A stretch of DNA of 64,000 nucleotides from the NCBI GenBank assembly GCA_036566425.1, contig DATCWI010000086.1, forward strand, positions 9,997-73,996, given 5' to 3'. Shown one piece after another: positions 58,435 to 64,000 of this stretch (its first letter is position 1; every line of letters begins with the position of its first letter). This DNA comes from Nitrososphaera sp. (GTDB lineage Archaea > Thermoproteota > Nitrososphaeria > Nitrososphaerales > Nitrososphaeraceae). The position numbers were made by a program, and so were the translations under genes. A model generated the notes under the pieces. That model did not search any database and was not told where the DNA came from. It saw only the letters and a program-made list of their open reading frames with translations.

Positions 58435-59268
58435 GTGGTATTATTGTGCAAACCTTTAAAGCGCATCAACGAGTTGTCAAGTTTTGTGCAAGATATCAAG
58501 CTGGTTTATTCTACCGCTGACCAGCCAAAGCTCAATGCACCACATCTTATATGCGGATTTCCTGGCAGCGGCTATGTTGGCAAGCTCGCAGTTGATCATC
58601 TCATACAAGAGCTGCCTGCAAATCATCTAGTTGACATTTACTCCAGCTCCTTCCCGCCACAGATTATGATAAAGCCTGACGGCACAGCTGACCTGATGAA
58701 GAACAGTATCTTTTGGTGGCATGGTCAGGAATCTGACCTGTTATTGCTAACAGGCGACTCGCAGCCAGCTAACCCCGACTCTGAATATGCTCTAGCAGAA
58801 GAAATACTTAGTTTAGCGGAGCGGTTTGGCACACAACAAGTATTCACACTTGCAGCATACATTACGGGTGTCTTTGTAGACAAGCCCAAGATCTTTGGTA
58901 CGGCTACAGACTCAGAAACAGTCAAAATTCTTTCATCAAATAATATATCGATGATGGATAGCGGAAGCATCACAGGAATGAATGGTCTTGTAATCGGCAT
59001 AGCAAAGTTGCGCAACATGAAGGGAGTATGTCTGCTTGGAGAGACATCAGGCTACGTGGTAGATGGCAAGGCGTCAAAAGCAGTGCTTGAAACCCTTCTT
59101 CAAATAGTCAATGTCAAAGTAGACATGGCAAACTTGGACAAACGTGCAAAAGACACTGAAATGTTGATTCAGACCATAGAGCAACAGATGCTTGCAGCAA
59201 AAGGCGGCAGGCAATTTGAAGGTCAGCAGCCGCCTCAAAAACCCCGCGACACTGGCTATATCAGCTAG
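58435..59268 (+). CDS. PAC2-family proteasome assembly chaperone
   Basis: 'GFPGSGYVGKLA', 'GDSQP', 'GMNGL', 'CLLGET.GY'. True start may be the downstream GTG. Confidence 0.88.
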   Translation: MVLLCKPLKRINELSSFVQDIKLVYSTADQPKLNAPHLICGFPGSGYVGKLAVDHLIQELPANHLVDIYSSSFPPQIMIKPDGTADLMKNSIFWWHGQESDLLLLTGDSQPANPDSEYALAEEILSLAERFGTQQVFTLAAYITGVFVDKPKIFGTATDSETVKILSSNNISMMDSGSITGMNGLVIGIAKLRNMKGVCLLGETSGYVVDGKASKAVLETLLQIVNVKVDMANLDKRAKDTEMLIQTIEQQMLAAKGGRQFEGQQPPQKPRDTGYIS

Positions 59269-59552
59269 ATCTTTTTTAGGCTACCGAACTTTCCAACATT
59301 GATGCTATCTTCGCCCTTGAACGTGTTGATATATCCATTCTCTATCGAAACTGTGTCGCCGGGCTGGATCTTGTTTATGTCATCGCCCCATAATGAAAGC
59401 TTGATGCTCCCAGTTTCGTCTGAAATTCTTGCATCAGCTACAGTATTTGTCCCTCCCGCCTTAAGATTGACTGTGCGAGGCTCACCAACGCTTTCTACTT
59501 TTCCTGTGACACTTATATTGCGCATTCCCGACTTCAGCTCACCTATATTCAT
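59265..59552 (-). CDS. ssb: Single OB-fold ssDNA-binding protein
   Basis: 'VADARISDETGSIKLSLWG..IENGY..F.G...NVGKFG'. Confidence 0.9.
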   Translation of the reverse strand: MNIGELKSGMRNISVTGKVESVGEPRTVNLKAGGTNTVADARISDETGSIKLSLWGDDINKIQPGDTVSIENGYINTFKGEDSINVGKFGSLKKI

Positions 59553-59589
59553 ATATTTTCTGCTAAAGCTGCATCTGATAATAAATGTT

Positions 59590-59736
59590 TTACATGGTAG
59601 CTACAATAAGCGAATGCCCACAGTCGGTGCAAACCAACTTTACCCCCGCCATCGTCTTCTCCCGTACTTCATGAACTGTCTTTGAATGGCACTTTATGCA
59701 GAGCCTTGAAACAGTCTCAGGCTTAGGCATTAACAT
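59590..59736 (-). CDS. Small Zn-ribbon protein (about 48 aa)
   Basis: MLMPKPETVSRLCIKCHSKTVHEVREKTMAGVKLVCTDCGHSLIVATM. The longer track ORF extends spuriously through the tRNA. Confidence 0.65.
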   Translation of the reverse strand: MLMPKPETVSRLCIKCHSKTVHEVREKTMAGVKLVCTDCGHSLIVATM

Positions 59737-59819
59737 ATCGTACTTGCACCAAGCAAAATTTAACCTTATTTCAGATGCCGCAACTATGAAATAAGGTTTT
59801 ATAGGCAAGACCAATGAGT

Positions 59820-59970
59820 GGAGGGGTAGCGAAGCCTGGTCAAACGCGCAGGACTCAAGATCAGATTTGTCCATGGTGCATTTCTTCTCGCAATATATAC
59901 CGAAAAAGGAAAAGTGAGATGAGTGATCCCGTCCCTTAGGGGTTCGTGGGTTCAAATCCCATCCCCTCCA
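59820..59970 (+). tRNA. tRNA-Leu (CAA) with 66-nt canonical 37/38 intron
   Basis: Acceptor GGAGGGG/CCCCTCC; anticodon CAA at 59856-59858; intron 59860-59925 with BHB helix CTCA/TGAG; long variable arm; T-arm GTGGG-TTCAAAT-CCCAT. Confidence 0.9.
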
Positions 59971-60273
59971 CCTTGATCCAATTTTTTGTATGGACTTCCA
60001 ACTCTGACATGCCAGAAATAGTATATCTTGTGCTCAAAAAAAGCTCAATCTTAAAATGTAAAACAATCCAACTCAAGCCTTTTCAAGTCTTTTCTCTCAG
60101 TTTACCAAGATATCTTTTTCTCCTTCCAAATATTCGATAGATTATGAAATGCACATCTTTACGGTATTTTTATAGTATATTTTTACTAGATAGTAATTCT
60201 AACTATTCTGTGTTGTTGAACTGAGTGAAACACAAAATTCAAATTATTTTTTGCACGCATATAGACATATTCC

Positions 60274-60765
60274 GTGGCACGCAAATCTACAGTGCTAATA
60301 CCAGTGATAGTTGTTGCAGTTGCAGTAGGCGTTCTTGGCATAGCATTTGTCCCACCCGAGATCAGAGACAAGAACACTGGCTTTCCAAAAGGCACAGTCC
60401 GAATAGATAACGATGTCATAACGGTCGAAATTGCCGAGACTGCAGCTGAACGGCAAAGATGGCTTACATTTAGGCAAGACACGCTGCCCTTTGACACTGC
60501 TATGCTCATCAAGCACGATGAGCCTGACCTCTACGAAGTATGGATGCTCAACATAGAGTACAACCTTGATTTGATATGGTTTGATGAAAATGGTAATGCC
60601 GTATATATAAAAGAGAATGTACCTCCATGTAGCAATGTGGTTGAAACGATTAGTTGCACTTACAAGACTACAAAACCCGCATTATATCTTATGGCTGCGA
60701 CTGCAGGTTTCGTAGATGCTCACAACATTGCTATTGGTTCCAAGATGACAACAATATCTGTTTAG
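60274..60765 (+). CDS. DUF192-family protein with N-terminal TM helix
   Basis: 'VEIAET.AER..L.FR', 'ML', 'WM.N....LD.IW.D'. Confidence 0.85.
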   Translation: MARKSTVLIPVIVVAVAVGVLGIAFVPPEIRDKNTGFPKGTVRIDNDVITVEIAETAAERQRWLTFRQDTLPFDTAMLIKHDEPDLYEVWMLNIEYNLDLIWFDENGNAVYIKENVPPCSNVVETISCTYKTTKPALYLMAATAGFVDAHNIAIGSKMTTISV

Positions 60766-60798
60766 CTTAATTACACGGGCTAAGCTAAGGCGTAAGAT

Positions 60799-61251
60799 GT
60801 GGTAAAGTTTGTCCTTGCGGACAGGCACGCAAGACCTCTCTTAAAAAGAGAAATCTCAGAGCTCCTTGCCCAGCCGAACTTATTGAGAATAGCATACCTA
60901 GATGAAAGAGGCGATCCGTTTGCACATCCTGTATGGTACTATTACAGTAAAGGCAAGTTTCTCTTTGCGATAGATAGAACAGGCAGGAAGGCAAAAGTGC
61001 TTCGAAAAAATCCCATGGTATACTTTCTTGTTGATGAAAGTTCCCGCAAAAAAGGCACACTTGGATTAAGGGGTAAAGGAACTGCAAGAGTGATCGATGA
61101 TCCCCTCTATGCTACAAAAGTAACCAGACATAATGTGAAGAGGTATTTGGGCACGCTGCAGAGTAAAAGTGCAAAGACCATACTTGCTATGGGCCCAGAT
61201 TCTTGCGTTATCGAAATTACTCCATCATATATAGCTACTTGGAAGTTCTAA
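60799..61251 (+). CDS. Pyridoxamine 5'-phosphate oxidase-like (split-barrel flavin/F420-binding) protein
   Basis: 'G.P...PVWY', 'K...LRKNP.V..LVD', 'G.G.ARVI', 'IEITP....TW'. Confidence 0.8.
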   Translation: MVKFVLADRHARPLLKREISELLAQPNLLRIAYLDERGDPFAHPVWYYYSKGKFLFAIDRTGRKAKVLRKNPMVYFLVDESSRKKGTLGLRGKGTARVIDDPLYATKVTRHNVKRYLGTLQSKSAKTILAMGPDSCVIEITPSYIATWKF

Positions 61252-63203
61252 GAATTGACCATCTTTTTGAGGTCTTCGTAGGCCTGTCGGACTTCGTCAA
61301 TAGCTGTTTCGTCTTCAAGCGTAGTGATGTCGCCGATCTTGTCGCCGCTTGCAATGGATTTCAACAGCCTCCTCATTATTTTGCCGCTACGTGTCTTTGG
61401 TAATTTGTTAACGAAGTATATCTCATCGGGTGTTGCTATAGGTCCAAGTGTGCTTCGAATGTGGGCGACCACTTCCTTTCGCAGGGTTTCAGAATCTGAA
61501 AAACCCTCTCTTAGTACCAAGAATGCTATTATAGATTCCCCTTTTGTGGCATCAGGTCTGCCCGTCACTGCGGCTTCTGCAATGGCCTTATGTGATACAA
61601 ATGCATTCTCTAACTCCATCGTACCAAGCCTGTGACCGGCCACCTTAAGTACATCATCTGCCCTGCCAAGAAGCCATAGATAGCCCTCCTCGTCAACTAG
61701 TGCATAGTCACCGGCGTAATAGAGACCGGGGAACTTGGTCCAGTAAGTCTGCCTGTATTTTTCATCATCACCCCAAAGACCCAAGAACATCCCTGGCCAG
61801 GGTCTACGAATAACAATATAGCCTTTTGTTCCAGGTCTTACGGGCTTGCCCGTTTCATCTACTACTACTGCATCAACTCCGGGCACAGGAAACGTGGCCG
61901 AGCCAGGCTTCATTGGGATCGTTTCGATTCCAGTACACATGCTAAGCATTGTCCCTCCAGTTTCTGTTTGCCACCAAGTGTCAACTATTGGGCAATTCTC
62001 ATTGCCAATCTTTTTGAAATACCACATCCATACTTTGGGGTTAATAGGTTCACCCACCGTTCCAAGCAGTCTAAGAGATGACAGATCAAATGAGTTTGAC
62101 GGTGAATCATCATATTTCATATACATACGCAGTGCAGTTGGTGTAGTATACAATATAGTGGCTCCATGCTTTTCCACAATAGCCCAATACCTGTTGGGTT
62201 TGGGAAAATCAGGAGCTCCTTCATACATTATTTCAGTTATACCATGCATCAGAGGAGCATAGACAATATAGCTATGACCTGTAACCCAGCCGATATCAGC
62301 AGTACAAAAAAAGATGTCTTGCTTTGTAAAGTCAAAGACCCACTTGGCGGTTGCATATAGATGTGTGAGGTACCCTCCTGTCCCATGCATTACACCTTTG
62401 GGCTTACCTGTAGTTCCAGAGGTATAGAGGATATAAATTGGATGAGTGCTTTCAACTGGCTCGGGTTGGCAGTACAGCATGGCACCTTCCATCAACTCAT
62501 GCCACCAGAGGTCTTTTGGTCCAATATTGATCTTATTGCCAGCGTGTTTGAGCACTACCACATGTTCTACAGATGGCAATGATAAGACTGACTCATCGAC
62601 CACCTTTTTGAGTTCCACGACCCTGTCTTTTCTTATGCCACCGTCTGCAGTTACTATAACTTTAGACTTGGCGTCATTTGCTCTGTCGATAAGCGCCTGG
62701 GAAGAAAAGCCAGAAAATATCACTGAATGAATGGCGCCAATCCTTGTGCATGCAAGCATTGCGATAGGTAATTCTGGCACCATGGGCATGTATATTGTGA
62801 CGCGGTCACCTTTGCTAACACCAAGATCCTTTAGGACATTGGCAAACTTGTTTACCTGACGATATAATTGAAAATAGGAAAGTGTTCTTGTCTCTCCGTT
62901 CTCGCTTTCCCAGATTATTGCGACCTTATTTTTCGTGTCCGTGTCTATATGCCTGTCAAGGCAATTTACAGATGCATTCAGGTTGCCTCCAACAAACCAC
63001 CGTGCAAATGGAGGGTTCCAATCAAGAAGACGATCCCATTCTTTGAACCATATCAAATTTCTGGCCTGAGATGCCCAGAACTTGTCCTGCTCCGTTAGAG
63101 CTTCTCTTGAGATTTTTTCAAGGCGTTTGCCTACCCTAACACTTATCTTTATATTGTCATCCCCATCACCACTATTTTCATTTAGTCTTGCGTTACTCGA
63201 CAA
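61248..63203 (-). CDS. acs: AMP-forming acetyl-CoA synthetase
   Basis: 'YTSGTTGKPKG', 'DIGWVTGHSY', 'DTWWQTETG', 'GRADDV', 'LPKTRSGKIMRR'. Confidence 0.95.
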   Translation of the reverse strand: MSSNARLNENSGDGDDNIKISVRVGKRLEKISREALTEQDKFWASQARNLIWFKEWDRLLDWNPPFARWFVGGNLNASVNCLDRHIDTDTKNKVAIIWESENGETRTLSYFQLYRQVNKFANVLKDLGVSKGDRVTIYMPMVPELPIAMLACTRIGAIHSVIFSGFSSQALIDRANDAKSKVIVTADGGIRKDRVVELKKVVDESVLSLPSVEHVVVLKHAGNKINIGPKDLWWHELMEGAMLYCQPEPVESTHPIYILYTSGTTGKPKGVMHGTGGYLTHLYATAKWVFDFTKQDIFFCTADIGWVTGHSYIVYAPLMHGITEIMYEGAPDFPKPNRYWAIVEKHGATILYTTPTALRMYMKYDDSPSNSFDLSSLRLLGTVGEPINPKVWMWYFKKIGNENCPIVDTWWQTETGGTMLSMCTGIETIPMKPGSATFPVPGVDAVVVDETGKPVRPGTKGYIVIRRPWPGMFLGLWGDDEKYRQTYWTKFPGLYYAGDYALVDEEGYLWLLGRADDVLKVAGHRLGTMELENAFVSHKAIAEAAVTGRPDATKGESIIAFLVLREGFSDSETLRKEVVAHIRSTLGPIATPDEIYFVNKLPKTRSGKIMRRLLKSIASGDKIGDITTLEDETAIDEVRQAYEDLKKMVNS

Positions 63204-63338
63204 ATATTGTGAAGAATCAAAACTTGTCTTTAAACATTTGTTACCTATACATTCAATACTGTAGAAGCCATTTAGAATATTTGTATTAAAGAATTAATCG
63301 ATATATTAAAAATAGAGAAAAATCACCTCTATCATAGA

Positions 63339-63599
63339 TTGAAGTATAGAAGCAGAACAGAAATAGTAGCAATGATCCTAGAGGCAGCGAATGGCGGAGC
63401 AACTAAGACAAAAATCATGTACAAAGCTTTCCTGAGCTACGCACAACTAAGAGAATACCTCGCTGTCTTGATCGAAAACGGCCTGCTCGAATACATGGAA
63501 GGAACACAGACGTACAAGACAACAGCAAAAGGACTTAACTTCCTGAAGATGCATAGTGAGATTGGGGAGCTTTTACAAACAAGCGTCAGAGAACGCTAA
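63339..63599 (+). CDS. Winged-helix regulator (HTH_45/DUF4364-like)
   Basis: 'YRSRTEIVAMILEAANGGATKTKIMYKAFLSY.QL.EYL..L'. Confidence 0.88.
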   Translation: MKYRSRTEIVAMILEAANGGATKTKIMYKAFLSYAQLREYLAVLIENGLLEYMEGTQTYKTTAKGLNFLKMHSEIGELLQTSVRER

Positions 63600-63638
63600 A
63601 GCTGCCCATCTAAATTTTTTAAAAATTAAAAAACTGAT

Positions 63639-63659
63639 CGGACATAATGCATATGTCCG
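63639..63659. terminator. 8-bp inverted repeat CGGACATA-N5-TATGTCCG between convergent genes
   Basis: Seen directly; function inferred from position. Confidence 0.35.
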
Positions 63660-63668
63660 GCTCGAATT

Positions 63669-63956
63669 TTATTTTGTTATTACTTGATTGAGCCAGTTCG
63701 TTTCAGGCTGCTCTACTGTGTTAGAAGACCCAGAGGCATCTTTATCCTCTTCTTCTTCTTCTCCTCCTCCTTCTCTTCTCCCAGAGTTCGCTGCGCTCAC
63801 CTGCACAACAGAAACCATTTCTGCAGTCTGACGTGGTTCCTGTTCAATTGGCTTTTCTTCTTGTTGTTGTACTTCTTCTTCTTTGATTGTTGGAGCAGCA
63901 ACTGTTGAAGTGCTGCTAGTAGTGGTAACGACATTTTCTAGCGTCTGAGTTGTCAT
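63669..63956 (-). CDS. Low-complexity acidic hypothetical protein
   Basis: 95-aa Thr/Glu-rich ORF. Confidence 0.5.
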   Translation of the reverse strand: MTTQTLENVVTTTSSTSTVAAPTIKEEEVQQQEEKPIEQEPRQTAEMVSVVQVSAANSGRREGGGEEEEEDKDASGSSNTVEQPETNWLNQVITK

Positions 63957-64000
63957 CTTTTCTTTTACATTGCTTATCTCAGCTCTTTCATTGTTTATGT

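Noticed and set aside
59860-59925. C/D-box sRNA inside the tRNA-Leu intron
   Set aside because: No convincing box C (RUGAUGA) and box D (CUGA) pair.
59737-59955. N-terminal part of the 121-aa track ORF
   Set aside because: Antisense to tRNA-Leu; only the C-terminal Zn ribbon looks coding.
59971-60273. Integrated element at tRNA-Leu
   Set aside because: No integrase, and no duplicated tRNA 3' end seen in the window.
1-64000. CRISPR array or cas genes
   Set aside because: No regularly spaced 24-40 bp repeats with unique spacers; the only such repeated elements are the two ORBs and coding duplications.

Overview
Archaeal chromosomal segment, most likely from a soil-type ammonia-oxidising archaeon (Nitrososphaerota, Nitrososphaeraceae-like). 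Supporting markers are PolD, Cdc6/Orc1, TFE, TiaS, GGGP synthase, an ESCRT-III/CdvB paralog, intron-containing tRNAs, topoisomerase IA, and secreted cupredoxin/PQQ/beta-helix proteins. The window contains a probable replication origin: an intergenic region at 19152-19696 next to cdc6, with two identical ORB boxes and a degenerate inverted ORB, flanked by both PolD subunit genes. Most of the rest is housekeeping: nrdJ, thiolase/DUF35, topA, udg, thrC, hisI, aspS-gatCAB, purP, ssb, acs. An AT-rich accessory stretch lies at about 31-41 kb. Three features stand out. (1) An origin-adjacent trio of uncharacterised HTH genes, one membrane-anchored, with two different dense short-motif arrays (GTTAAC around the ORBs, ATCAC/GTGAT across the HTH genes); this is a candidate origin-tethering/segregation or initiation-control module. 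(2) An ArsR-HTH + ATP-cone + apparently catalytically dead class III RNR fusion directly upstream of nrdJ, a candidate nucleotide-sensing regulator. (3) A stand-alone YcaO-TfuA thioamidation pair with no visible substrate. Several small ORFs missing from the supplied track were translated by hand, as were two intron-containing tRNAs and an msrB pseudogene. No CRISPR array, integrase or transposase was seen. All product calls come from motif recognition by eye; no database searches were run.
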